Assembly (NCBI GenBank): GCA_003314535.1
Contig: POSG01000012.1
Coordinates: 5,825 to 69,824 of the forward strand
Source of the DNA: Geobacter sp.
GTDB lineage: Bacteria > Desulfobacterota > Desulfuromonadia > Geobacterales > Geobacteraceae
Direction of reading: 5' to 3'
DNA: 64,000 bases
Of this stretch, positions 19,251 to 29,067 are shown piece after piece. The notes under the pieces were generated by a model. It was given only the letters and a program-made list of their open reading frames with translations, was not told the DNA's origin and made no database searches. The translations under genes and the position numbers were made by a program. Each line of letters starts with the position of its first letter. Positions within the stretch are counted from its first letter, which is position 1.

Positions 19251-19344
19251 ATGAACAGGAAAAAGAAAGGCCGCGGGCATAACAACCGCGGCCTTTCTTT
19301 CATCTACAAACAGACGCCATTTCTTTCTGAAAGGGGAACAGACC

Positions 19345-21027
19345 ATGCAAAGCGGTGCGCAGATCCTTCTTGAATGTCTTAAGCTGGAAGGGGTGGACAG
19401 GGTGTTCGGCTACCCGGGGGCCCGGAGCCTGCTGGTCCATGATGCCCTCATGGACGATCCGGACATCCGGCACATCCTGGTACGCCATGAGCAGGCAGCG
19501 GCCCATGCGGCGGACGGTTACGCGCGTACCACCGGGAAAGTGGGAGTGTGCCTCACCACTTCAGGTCCGGGCGCCACCAACCTGGTAACCGGAATCGCGA
19601 CAGCTTTCATGGATTCCATCCCGATTGTTGCGCTGACTTGCCAGGTGACAACCGACACGATCGGCATCGATGCTTTCCAGGAAGCGGACATGATCGGAAT
19701 TTCCCGTCCCATAACCAAGCACAACTACCTGGTGACCGATGCGAAGAACCTCGCCCGGACAATCCGTGAGGCATTCCTCATCGCCCGGACGCGCCGGCCC
19801 GGCCCTGTCCTGGTTGATCTGCCCAGCAATGTCCTGGGAAGCAAAATCAGGCCGAACATACCGGAAACCGTGACCCGTCGGGGTTACCGGGAAAAGATCG
19901 CCGCCAACATGAAACAGCTGAAAAAAGCTGCGGACATCATAAATAAATCGCAAATGCCGATCATTTACGCAGGAGGCGGGGTCGTGCTTGCAGATGGAGT
20001 TGCCGAGCTCCGAAATCTCGCCGAAACCGGCAATATCCCGGTTACCAACACCCTGATGGCCGTTGGAGCCATGGATCCCGCATCACCTCTCGCGCTGGGC
20101 ATGCTGGGCATGTACGGAGCCTGGCACTGCAACAAGGCAGTCAACGAATGCGATTGCCTTGTCGCTATCGGCGCCCGGTTCGACGATCGCGTCACTGGCC
20201 GGGTCGACGGTTTCGCAAGGAATGCCCGGATCATCCACATAGACATTGATCCGGCAAGCATCCGCAAAGTTGTCAATGTTGAGCTCCCCATAGTCGGGGA
20301 CGCAAAAGAGGCCATGAGTGCGCTCAGCAGCCTGCTTCAGCCGCGGGACCGGAGCGGATGGATGGCCCGGATCAGGGCATGGGAAAGGGAGAACCCGCTT
20401 CCCAGGCCGGTCAGGGATCGCCTTGCGCCCCACGAGATCATGGATGCCATAAGAGAAGCGGCCGGCCCCAACCCGATTGTCGCCTCGGATGTCGGCCTTT
20501 CCCAGATGTGGACTGCCAACTATCTGCCTTTTGCCGGGCCAAGGAACTATATCACCAGCGGCGGGCTCGGCACCATGGGGTATGCGCTCCCGGCTGCAAT
20601 GGGAGCCGCAATCGGCAATCCCGGGCGAGCCGCCTTCGCCGTTTGCGGCGACGGCGCCTTCCAGATGAATGTCCAGGAGCTGGCAACCTGCTCCTATTAT
20701 GACATCCCGGTGAAAACGGTTGTGATGAACAATGGCAAGCTGGGAATGGTCCGGCAATTCCAGAGGGTTTTCATGAAGGAGAAATATGCGTCCACGGATC
20801 TTGGCAAACACGTGGATTTCTGCACGGTAGCGCGCGGTTTCGGTGTTGCCGCGATACGCGTGGAAAGGAAAGAGGAGTTGGGGGATGCCCTGAAGAAGGC
20901 TGTATCGCTTCCCGGCCCGGTGGTCATCGATGTGGAAACAGATCCGGACACTTACTGTTTCCCAATGGTTCCCCCGGGGAGGAACTCTGTGGACGCCATC
21001 TTCTCACCTGAAGATTGGAAAGGGTAA
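19345..21027 (+). CDS. ilvB: Acetolactate synthase large subunit (biosynthetic-type, ThDP-dependent)
   Basis: N-terminal GAQILLECLKLEGVDRVFGYPG, the HEQAAAHAADGYAR motif, and the ThDP motif GGLGTMGYALPAAMGA...GDGAFQMN. No small subunit gene follows. Confidence 0.88.
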   Translation: MQSGAQILLECLKLEGVDRVFGYPGARSLLVHDALMDDPDIRHILVRHEQAAAHAADGYARTTGKVGVCLTTSGPGATNLVTGIATAFMDSIPIVALTCQVTTDTIGIDAFQEADMIGISRPITKHNYLVTDAKNLARTIREAFLIARTRRPGPVLVDLPSNVLGSKIRPNIPETVTRRGYREKIAANMKQLKKAADIINKSQMPIIYAGGGVVLADGVAELRNLAETGNIPVTNTLMAVGAMDPASPLALGMLGMYGAWHCNKAVNECDCLVAIGARFDDRVTGRVDGFARNARIIHIDIDPASIRKVVNVELPIVGDAKEAMSALSSLLQPRDRSGWMARIRAWERENPLPRPVRDRLAPHEIMDAIREAAGPNPIVASDVGLSQMWTANYLPFAGPRNYITSGGLGTMGYALPAAMGAAIGNPGRAAFAVCGDGAFQMNVQELATCSYYDIPVKTVVMNNGKLGMVRQFQRVFMKEKYASTDLGKHVDFCTVARGFGVAAIRVERKEELGDALKKAVSLPGPVVIDVETDPDTYCFPMVPPGRNSVDAIFSPEDWKG

Positions 21028-21057
21028 AAAAAGCTGCAAAAAAGTGCAAAAAAAAAT

Positions 21058-21083
21058 AGCCCCTGACCATCCCGTCAGGGGCT
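21058..21083 (-). terminator. Intrinsic terminator, strong on the minus strand and weak on the plus strand
   Basis: AGCCCCTGAC / GTCAGGGGCT is a 10-bp stem. On the minus strand it is followed by a 9-nt T-rich run (ATTTTTTTT). Confidence 0.65.
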
Positions 21084-21252
21084 GTTTCGGTACGTACCAT
21101 AAGGTGATAACCGGCTGTGCGGTACGTTTATGTCAAGACAACGGGTTGCCGCCGTCTTTCATTCGGTTTCATGCTTCGATTTACAGGAGAAAGCGCCTTT
21201 GCCGTCTTCTCACGGGATGAACCGATAGCAGCATATTGCTATGCCGAAAAAA

Positions 21253-21435
21253 CTACCTGATAATGGTCAGTTTGGCTGCAGCAACGTTATCGGGATCAAT
21301 TTCGATCCTGAACATTCCGGAGTTTCCGCCGTTGTCCTGGTCAACGATAAGAGCGTTGTCGAGAACGTTCATTACGTTTGCGCAGTACCCGGTTTCATAC
21401 TTAACAACGTTGCCTTTTTTGAACGGAAGTGCCAT
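21253..21435 (-). CDS. Small hypothetical protein (60 aa, MALPFKKGNVVKYETGYCANV...)
   Basis: ATG preceded by AAAGGAGAAG. The terminator at 21058 lies downstream. No recognised motif. Confidence 0.4.
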   Translation of the reverse strand: MALPFKKGNVVKYETGYCANVMNVLDNALIVDQDNGGNSGMFRIEIDPDNVAAAKLTIIR

Positions 21436-22088
21436 TTTGAATCTTCTCCTTTCGAAGTGAGTCACCCCAAGTGGGTGCTTTATACAACCCGCATGAAAAC
21501 CGACCGTCGGTCCGGCGGATCAAACAATATCCGAATTCCTCAATTCCTTGTATTTGCTCGTGAAAGATGCGGGACCACAGTTCACCGGAGCAAAACACGC
21601 TTCGCGTAGCCCGCAATGGGAAGGAAATTTAATATCACTAAAAAGATCCAGTGCCGACGCCCCCGACAACACTCGCCTGAACTCCGGCGGGATTTTGAGG
21701 CGTTGCCAGCAAACAACGGCTGATTTTAAATGCGTGCAAATAGAATGTCAATAACAAAATAACCCGGCTTCCCCCGATTTTTTTACAAATAGTATAAAAA
21801 CGCAACTTACCCGAGTTGATTTCTTCAGCCCGACCAAGTTTATATCTTGCCTATCGGCGGAAAAATATTGAAACATTAGCCCATTGGAGGTATTATTCTC
21901 GCTCGTGCGGGTTCGGATTGAATTACATCCGCTTTTCAGGAAGATTTATTTTTTTATTAATCTTTATTCCGTATGTGCCGCGGAACTCCTGATTCCACCG
22001 GAGCCCGACCGCGTCTCCCCATAAATATTCACTTGCGGTTTCAATTCACATGATATTCAGGATAAACAATTGACAGGAGGCAGTAGCG

Positions 22089-23234
22089 ATGCAATTTCAT
22101 TTTTCCTTACCTAGTTCGGTGACGTTTGCTCCCGGCAACGCCCAAACAGTCGGACATCTGGTCCTTGGGCTTGAGTTGAAAAAAGTATTCTGCGTCTATG
22201 ATGAAGGGGTCAAGTCGGCAGGCATAGCCGAGACCATTGTATCTTCCCTGAAGGCTGCCAAGCTCGATGTCGTGGAATGGGGTTCACTTGTCACGAATCC
22301 GAGCGATGTCGTGGTAGAAGAAGGGGCCCGGCTTGCCCGCGAGGCAACGGCTGAAGTAGTCGTTGCAGTCGGGGGAGGCAGTGTTATCGATGCAGGGAAA
22401 GCAATTGCCATTCTCATGACCAACGAATCCCCAATAAACCAGTACGAAGGCATCAACCTGGTTAAAAATCCCGGCATTCCGGTTATCGCCGTTCCGACGA
22501 CTGCAGGGACGGCCAGCGAAGTGACCGCATTCACGGTAATTACCGATACCGCAAGGCAGACAAAAATGGTGATAGGCGGGCAGAACGTGGGGCCGCGCTT
22601 TGCTTTGCTCGATCCGCTTCTTACCATTGGAGCGTCACCCGCACTGACAGCCTCGACAGGCATGGGCGCATTTTCCCACGCCGTAGAGGCATATCTTTCG
22701 GCAGCGGCCTCGGTACCGACCGATATAAATGCCCTCAAGGCGATCGAACTGATTTCCCGCAGCCTGCCCAAAGCGGTGGAAAACGGCGCGGATGCCGACG
22801 CGCGGGGGGATATGCTTCTTGGAAGCATGCTGGCCGGTTTTGCCTACAACTCTGCAATTCTCGGCTTGGCACACTCCATTTCACACCCGCTCTGCGTCCA
22901 CGCCGGGCTGCCCCACGGAATCGCCAATGCGGCCGTTCTCCCCCATGTCATGGAATACAACGGAGAGGTTGTTCCCGCAAAGCTCCGCGCGGTGGGATTT
23001 GCCATGGGGCTCGACCTTCAGGGCATGGAACAGCAGGAAGCCGCGCGCAGGACTGTCGATGCCGTAAAAGAGTTGTCAAGACGGATTGGCATACCCACCC
23101 TCAAGGAGGCAGGTGTTTCCAAGGATGACTTCGACCGTATCGCAGCGGATGCTCTCCAGGAGATCAGCACGATCTTCAACCCCCGGAAGCCCGGCAAGGA
23201 TGACGTCCTGGCCATACTGGAAAAGGCGTTCTAG
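22089..23234 (+). CDS. Iron-containing (group III) alcohol dehydrogenase
   Basis: GGGSVIDAGKAIA NAD motif and His-rich metal site (...AHSISHPL...HG). AGGAGG lies upstream of the ATG. Confidence 0.85.
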   Translation: MQFHFSLPSSVTFAPGNAQTVGHLVLGLELKKVFCVYDEGVKSAGIAETIVSSLKAAKLDVVEWGSLVTNPSDVVVEEGARLAREATAEVVVAVGGGSVIDAGKAIAILMTNESPINQYEGINLVKNPGIPVIAVPTTAGTASEVTAFTVITDTARQTKMVIGGQNVGPRFALLDPLLTIGASPALTASTGMGAFSHAVEAYLSAAASVPTDINALKAIELISRSLPKAVENGADADARGDMLLGSMLAGFAYNSAILGLAHSISHPLCVHAGLPHGIANAAVLPHVMEYNGEVVPAKLRAVGFAMGLDLQGMEQQEAARRTVDAVKELSRRIGIPTLKEAGVSKDDFDRIAADALQEISTIFNPRKPGKDDVLAILEKAF

Positions 23235-23361
23235 CCGAGCAGCTGGGGATCGTGACCGGAGCAGCCTGCCAAAATCGTCGAAAGCATTGAATACCGAATC
23301 GGGAAGCGGCGATGCTCTGTGGCGTGCTGTCTCCGGGAGACTGCTTAAGACACCTTCTACA

Positions 23362-23397
23362 AGCCTAACCACGCAAAGTGGTTAGGCTTTAAATTTT
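23362..23397 (+). terminator. Intrinsic terminator after the alcohol dehydrogenase
   Basis: AGCCTAACCAC-GCAAA-GTGGTTAGGCT (11-bp stem) followed by TTAAATTTT. Confidence 0.65.
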
Positions 23398-23413
23398 CCG
23401 TGCAATTCGTTCC

Positions 23414-25144
23414 ATGCAAGGCATCAAAATGAAAAACGGCTCCCCCTTATGCCTGGAAACAGCTTCCTTTATTCTGGTACTGCTTGTTCATGTCCTTTGT
23501 CTTGTGTATCTTCAAGACTTCTTATTCTTTGGTGAAAATGGGCTCAGGCTCGCCCACGTGATCCTTTCGGCCATGCCGGTTATCTGTTCATATCTTGCCA
23601 TCAGGTTCTTTTTGCCATCATTGGTCACAGCAGTGCTCATCTCCGGAACGGTCATTATCTTAAGTGTCATCCATTTTACCAAGTACTCACTTACAAAAGA
23701 AGCCTTGTCATGGTCGGACCTGACGGCAATCGACAATTTTTCAATCATCGCCGGATACTTGAAATGTTGGCACATTTTTATCATCGTCGCCATAATGCTA
23801 TCCGCGGTATTATCCTTCCTGCTGGCCAAATCCATTGATAAGCACAAATTCAATCTTGCGACGCATGTCGGATTGCTTCTTATACCGATCCCTTTCACTT
23901 TTTACTCATATTTTGACGACAGCAATTACAGGATAGAGCAGCTTTTGGATACCGTGAAAGCCAAGTACGGCATAAATTACATAGCATGGGACTGGAACGA
24001 AAACGTAAAAGACAACGGGCTCATGATGCATCTTGTTCACACAAGCAAAAGGAAACTTCCTGATTCGTCGTCAGTCGAAAACAGGCTGGAATTCAACAAA
24101 TTGCTGGCTTACGAGCGAGGTGAGAAAGCCAGGCCGAAACAGATTATCTTCATATCCGGGGAGGCTTTCTGGTTTGACGAAAATAATTTCAAAACACTTT
24201 TCCAACCGTTGAATAAATTGGGGTTCAAAAATTTCAGATCGATTTCCCCTGTCTATGGGGGCGGCACCGTAAATGCTTCCTTCGAGATACTGACAGGCTT
24301 GCCGTCCGTCACCGATACGCTGCAAGGCATCATTTACCAGGAATATGCCGAATTAATGGCGGACAAACCCCATACGCTCCCGCAGTATTTGAAATCGCAT
24401 GGTTATTCAACGGTTTTCATCCATAACCATAACCGGAAATTCTGGAAAAGACATCTCATTGTGCCGAAATTCGGGTTTGACACTTTCATATCAATTGAAG
24501 ATATGAAAGCGAAAGACAAGAGAGGCTTTGCAGACGATGCCATTCTCTATAATTCAGCCTTGAATCAGATCAAGTCGAAAAAGGGCGAAAAGTTATTTCT
24601 TTACTTGGTTACAGTTTACAGCCATGGCCCATACAAGGCAAAAAACGACTTTGGTGAAAGAGATTATAAGAAACGACTATCCCTATCCATTCAAAGATTC
24701 GCAAAATTCGTAAAAAAAGCCCGGAAAATAGCACCTGATGCGCTGATTGTGCTATACGGTGACCATAAACCATCCCTCAACAAATATTTTTATGAGAATA
24801 ATGTCATACCAAAGGATCAATTTCACTCTCAAGGCGACAAGCGGGACAATCCCAGGCTGATAACAGACCACTCCCGTGAAGTGGTTGGTGATGTGCCGGT
24901 TTTCATCAAATATCGTGATGATGGCAGAATTGACGGAATCATCTCTGAAGCGAACGGCTTGCCTCTTTACTGCATGGTTCAACGGATCGATGAAGAATTG
25001 TTAAGCTCTGGTGTGCCGGCCTTTGCTTTCTCAAAGAAATATGTCTGCTCTCAGTACAAAGAAAAAGGGTATGGCGCCTCATCTGAATCATATCCTGACT
25101 GGTTATATTCCTTGTCTCTATTTGAACCGGATATGAAAAGATAG
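23414..25144 (+). CDS. Second LtaS/sulfatase-superfamily membrane protein (distant paralog of 6528..8339)
   Basis: Multi-TM N-terminus. Same motif set as the first copy: ISGEAFW, YGGGTVNASFEILTG, LYGDHKPSL. Strongly AT-rich. Confidence 0.7.
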   Translation: MQGIKMKNGSPLCLETASFILVLLVHVLCLVYLQDFLFFGENGLRLAHVILSAMPVICSYLAIRFFLPSLVTAVLISGTVIILSVIHFTKYSLTKEALSWSDLTAIDNFSIIAGYLKCWHIFIIVAIMLSAVLSFLLAKSIDKHKFNLATHVGLLLIPIPFTFYSYFDDSNYRIEQLLDTVKAKYGINYIAWDWNENVKDNGLMMHLVHTSKRKLPDSSSVENRLEFNKLLAYERGEKARPKQIIFISGEAFWFDENNFKTLFQPLNKLGFKNFRSISPVYGGGTVNASFEILTGLPSVTDTLQGIIYQEYAELMADKPHTLPQYLKSHGYSTVFIHNHNRKFWKRHLIVPKFGFDTFISIEDMKAKDKRGFADDAILYNSALNQIKSKKGEKLFLYLVTVYSHGPYKAKNDFGERDYKKRLSLSIQRFAKFVKKARKIAPDALIVLYGDHKPSLNKYFYENNVIPKDQFHSQGDKRDNPRLITDHSREVVGDVPVFIKYRDDGRIDGIISEANGLPLYCMVQRIDEELLSSGVPAFAFSKKYVCSQYKEKGYGASSESYPDWLYSLSLFEPDMKR

Positions 25145-25338
25145 TGCCTATCCGGAAACTCCTGGGATTGGCGGACAAAAGCCGGGGCAGGGCTTTCGAG
25201 GGAATCATGAGTTGACAGATTATCACGAGCGAGGAGGAAGTTCCGCTCCGGCCCTGGAGAAACATTCCGGACCGACGGATGCATCAGGATTGATAACCTG
25301 TTGACAAATCTCCGGCAAAAGGCTATAAAGTCCATTCG

Positions 25339-25415
25339 CGGGATGTAGCGCAGCCTGGTAGCGCACTTGCTTCGGGAGCAAGGGGCCGCTGGTTCGAATC
25401 CAGTCATCCCGACCA
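25339..25415 (+). tRNA. tRNA-Pro (anticodon CGG), CCA encoded
   Basis: Acceptor stem CGGGATG/CATCCCG. D-arm AGCGCAGCCTGGTAGCGC. Anticodon stem CTTGC/GCAAG with loop TTCGGGA. T-arm GGTTCGAATCC. 77 nt. Confidence 0.9.
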
Positions 25416-25421
25416 GTTTTC

Positions 25422-25455
25422 AAGGGGTTAGCCGACAAGGCCAACCCCTTTTTTC
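25422..25455 (+). terminator. Intrinsic terminator after tRNA-Pro
   Basis: AAGGGGTT ... AACCCCTT stem followed by TTTTT. Confidence 0.7.
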
Positions 25456-25534
25456 GTGGCCGCCCCGCACTGTTCGGGGCATCAAGGGGCTGCGGGATCT
25501 TTCGCGGCGCCGACCCCGGCCTAAATGGCCGGCA

Positions 25535-26896
25535 TCATGCGCCCGAATCCTCGCCGTCACCGTCCATCGCCCCGTTGACGGCATCATTACCCAGGAGTGC
25601 GGCTGCCTCGGGCGCGGCAATTTCCTGCACTCCCCTGAGCTTTCTTTCAATTGCCCTGGTCCGGACCGATGCCGTGTCGATAGTATTGCTCGCTTCGACC
25701 AGCTTTTTGCGAGTCTTTTCCAGGATGTTGCCGAAGCTCGCAAATTCGGTCTTTACCGCGCCCAGCAGAGTCCAGACCTCGCTGGACCTTTTTTCCACGA
25801 CCAGCGTGCGGAACCCCATCTGCAGGCTGTTGAGAAGCGCGGCCAGAGTGGTCGGGCCGGTGATCACGACCTTGAACTCCCTCTGCAGCGTCTCGAAAAG
25901 CCCGGTCCTGCGCAGAACTTCCGCATAGAGCCCCTCGGTGGGAAGGAACATGATGCCGAAATCTGTGGTATGGGGCGGGTCGAGGTATTTGTCCCGAATG
26001 AGGCGGGCCATCTCCTTGATGGTCTTTTCCAGCTGCTTCGAAGTCTCGTCGATGAGGGCGATATTCCCTTCCTCCTGGGCTTCCACCAGCCGGAGATAAT
26101 CTTCCTGGGGGAATTTCGCGTCAATGGGCAGCCATACCGTTTCCCTGCCGGTGTTGTCGCGGCCGGGCAGCTTGACGGCAAATTCCACCTGTGCGGAGCT
26201 TCCTTTCCTGGTCATCACGTTCGCCTCGAACTGCTCGGGGGTAAGGATCTGCTCCATCAGGCTTCCAAGCTGGATCTCGCCCAGCATCCCCCTGGTCTTC
26301 ACATTGGTGAGAACTTTTTTCAGATCACCGACCCCGGACGCCAGGTTCTGCATTTCGCCCAGCCCCTTGTGAACAAGCTCCAGCCTGTCGCTCACCAGCT
26401 TGAAAGATTCCCCCAGACGCTTTTCAAGCGTGTCGTGAAGTTTTTCGTCCACCGTTGCCCTCATCTGTTCGAGCTTCGCGTTATTGTCCTCCTGGAGGCT
26501 GCGGATCCGTATTTCCAGCGTTTCCCTCAGCTTGTCAAGCCTCTGCTCGTTGCCTGCCGTCATGTTCTTCAATTGTGCCGCGAAAAGTTCCAGCTGGTTT
26601 TTCTGCAGAGTTGCGATCTCCATCATTCTGCCTGCGATGGTATCTCCCATTCCCTTGAGGGAATTCCCCAACTCCTCCCGGGCCAGCCTGCCGCTGGCAG
26701 CCGACTCTTCGCGATTCTGCGCCATTTCCGACTTGATGGCCTGTTCGATGCGTGCCTGGTTTGAATCCAGCTGACCCAGCCGGGCAACCATCTCGGCGAA
26801 AGACAATTTCGCCGTGCGGCTGACGAGAACCATGAGCAGAAACACGGCCAGCAGTGAAAGAAAAGCGATGATGAACAGCAGCATTTCAACAAACAT
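25535..26896 (-). CDS. rmuC: DNA recombination protein RmuC
   Basis: N-terminal TM segment, a long coiled-coil, and the conserved RmuC core (...TNVKTRGMLGEIQLG...WLPIDAKFP...). The ATG at 26896 has GGGAG 5 nt upstream. Confidence 0.85.
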   Translation of the reverse strand: MFVEMLLFIIAFLSLLAVFLLMVLVSRTAKLSFAEMVARLGQLDSNQARIEQAIKSEMAQNREESAASGRLAREELGNSLKGMGDTIAGRMMEIATLQKNQLELFAAQLKNMTAGNEQRLDKLRETLEIRIRSLQEDNNAKLEQMRATVDEKLHDTLEKRLGESFKLVSDRLELVHKGLGEMQNLASGVGDLKKVLTNVKTRGMLGEIQLGSLMEQILTPEQFEANVMTRKGSSAQVEFAVKLPGRDNTGRETVWLPIDAKFPQEDYLRLVEAQEEGNIALIDETSKQLEKTIKEMARLIRDKYLDPPHTTDFGIMFLPTEGLYAEVLRRTGLFETLQREFKVVITGPTTLAALLNSLQMGFRTLVVEKRSSEVWTLLGAVKTEFASFGNILEKTRKKLVEASNTIDTASVRTRAIERKLRGVQEIAAPEAAALLGNDAVNGAMDGDGEDSGA

Positions 26897-27142
26897 GGAG
26901 ACTCCCTGCCTTCCCATATTGACAACAAGAGAAAAATAGCAGATTCTGCATGTTTTTCCCAGTTGTTTGACGAAAGTCCGGGCCAAATCGCAGCGGCATG
27001 AGCTTATGGGATTCTCCGGTCAAAAAGAAGCCGGTCCACTGCGCATGGGAGAATCGATTTTTCTTTGCAATCTCCTTGTAATGATGAATAAGTCGGATTA
27101 TGGTAAGAAAACGTCAAGATCCTTTATTCGGCAAAGAAAGAC

Positions 27143-28213
27143 ATGCGCGGAAATTCATTCTTATTGTTGCTTGCAGCTGTGCTGATCGGCTGCATAACCC
27201 ATCTGGCCGCAGCAGGCACGCCCGTCAGGTTGCGGATCAACACTACCCACGGGATCGAGAATGCCAGGGGAGCGGTTGCCGATGCAGGCCTGAACCTTGT
27301 TTCAGAGGTATCGGTCACACCTTCGTCACAGGACAACGGCCGGTCATTCCTCCCGCCTGACCGTTTCTTGGCCGATGGGGAAGGTGCGGGTGCAACGATC
27401 CTGTCCTCCAGCTTCAGCGGCTGGAACTACCTGTTTGATTCGGCCTTATACACCAGGATGGCCGGCAAAGGCATGTTGCATGTCTATGCCTACGTGCCCC
27501 TGTCAGAGCCGCCTGCCAATGTCGCTCCTCCCGCGGCCTTCTCCACGGTCAACAAAGTCGGCGGGAAAACCGGCGACGGCATTGAATTCGGCGTGCCCGA
27601 CGGCTATATGAACGGCAAGGGCGGCAGCGACACGCCATCAGGTGTCACCGCCCAACTGGCCGGTCTGATGGCGTGCCTCAAATATAGCCATCCTTCATGG
27701 AACTGGTTCGATGTAAAAGCAGCGCTTCGGGCAACCGCCTCCAATCATGAGACCGGTTACGATCCGCGGTATTACGGATACGGCATTATCGACTTCCCGG
27801 CAGCCAACGGCCTGAAAGACGCGCAAGCATTGCCGCTCTTCCCCCCGTCCGCCATCGCGTTGCCGCAGCGCGGCAATCTGCTGCGCTTTTTCGTCAATTC
27901 CTTCAGGCAGTCCCGGCGGGTGGAAGACGCTCTCTTCAAGTTCGCATCACCACCCGCCCGTCAGGTCAGGGAACTAAGCCTGTCCGAGTTAACAGCCCTG
28001 GGCGGCAGGCTGGTTTTTTCCGGGGATCCTCCACCAAACTCCAACGTTTTCAATTACCGGGTAACAACAGATGAAACCGCCTATTTCGTTTGGCTGGCAA
28101 AAGACGCTCGAGGCAGGTTTTCCCGGATCGAGCCCTACTCGGTCATCGGCCCGATAAAACTCAGATTCGTCGTGCCGCAGATCTACGGACCGAGGTTGAA
28201 AAAGACCGATTGA
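27143..28213 (+). CDS. Predicted lipoprotein with a divergent subtilase (S8)-like C-terminal region
   Basis: Lipobox LIGC at the N-terminus. TPSGVTAQLAG aligns by eye with the subtilisin Ser motif GTSMAAPHVAG, and GYGIIDFPAANG resembles the S8 C-terminal motif. No clear Asp or His motifs found. Confidence 0.4.
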   Translation: MRGNSFLLLLAAVLIGCITHLAAAGTPVRLRINTTHGIENARGAVADAGLNLVSEVSVTPSSQDNGRSFLPPDRFLADGEGAGATILSSSFSGWNYLFDSALYTRMAGKGMLHVYAYVPLSEPPANVAPPAAFSTVNKVGGKTGDGIEFGVPDGYMNGKGGSDTPSGVTAQLAGLMACLKYSHPSWNWFDVKAALRATASNHETGYDPRYYGYGIIDFPAANGLKDAQALPLFPPSAIALPQRGNLLRFFVNSFRQSRRVEDALFKFASPPARQVRELSLSELTALGGRLVFSGDPPPNSNVFNYRVTTDETAYFVWLAKDARGRFSRIEPYSVIGPIKLRFVVPQIYGPRLKKTD

Positions 28214-28261
28214 AAATCCGCTTTGCGTCACTTGCAATCCCGGGGCATGCCTCCGGCGGCA

Positions 28262-28813
28262 CTATCCTGAATAAGCCATAATCGTCTCGATATTTTCCAG
28301 CAGATATTTCTTCCCTTCTTCATTGAAAAGCACCATCTCGTATTCGTTTCCGTTCTGGTTTCTCTTTTCCGACTCGATGCCGTAATGGGAAGATTCGGCC
28401 TTGACTATGGTTCTCGTCTTTCCATCAGCCAGGACCTGCTCACCCAGCACGCCCATCTTTTTCAGTTGCCTGTTGATTTCAATTCCGGTCAGTTTTCTGC
28501 TCTTGCCGGCATCGATCACCCCGTTCAAGCAACGGGCGAATTCATTGATGCCGATTTTCCCCTTGGGCAACTGCACCCGGTTTTTTTCTTCACCGGATAT
28601 GGCAAAAACAGCCGGTTTCCGTTGGCCTGCCCTGGCCGGATCCTCCAACGCTTTTCTCAGGATTTCCTGCACGAAATGGAGGCACCTCACCATTCTCGGA
28701 TCATGCAAGAAGCAGTCATCATCCAATGGCTGCCCGTCCAGCGGATTGATCCCGCCAGCCATTTTCTGCACCATTTCCCTCGCTTTGGCGATTTTTTCCC
28801 TTTCCTGGATCAT
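28262..28813 (-). CDS. Hypothetical protein (183 aa)
   Basis: AGGAGG lies 6 nt upstream of the ATG at 28813. No motif recognised. Confidence 0.5.
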   Translation of the reverse strand: MIQEREKIAKAREMVQKMAGGINPLDGQPLDDDCFLHDPRMVRCLHFVQEILRKALEDPARAGQRKPAVFAISGEEKNRVQLPKGKIGINEFARCLNGVIDAGKSRKLTGIEINRQLKKMGVLGEQVLADGKTRTIVKAESSHYGIESEKRNQNGNEYEMVLFNEEGKKYLLENIETIMAYSG

Positions 28814-29067
28814 CCTGCCACCTCCTGTGTTATGAACTGCTGCAAACGCAACTGTAAACAACAATACGCATTACGTATTAGCAACTATTAACGATAAATA
28901 CCTTATAATTGTTTAATGGTCAAGGGGAAATTTGCTCTGGACATTCGGATGGAACCATCTGGTTTATGTCTCTTCTGTTCGTTGAATGTGATGATGTCCG
29001 GGGACGAAAAAGGCGACGTTTGCACGCCGCCTCCGGAGGGGTCGTATTGTCCCTTGACAGGCTGCCT

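Noticed and set aside
19262-19300. The 15-bp perfect hairpin upstream of ilvB as the attenuator terminator.
   Set aside because: On the + strand it is not followed by a U-tract (CATCTACAAA). Only the minus-strand orientation has a T-run. The canonical + strand terminator is the preceding hairpin at 19221-19250, so this one is treated as an alternative-pairing partner.
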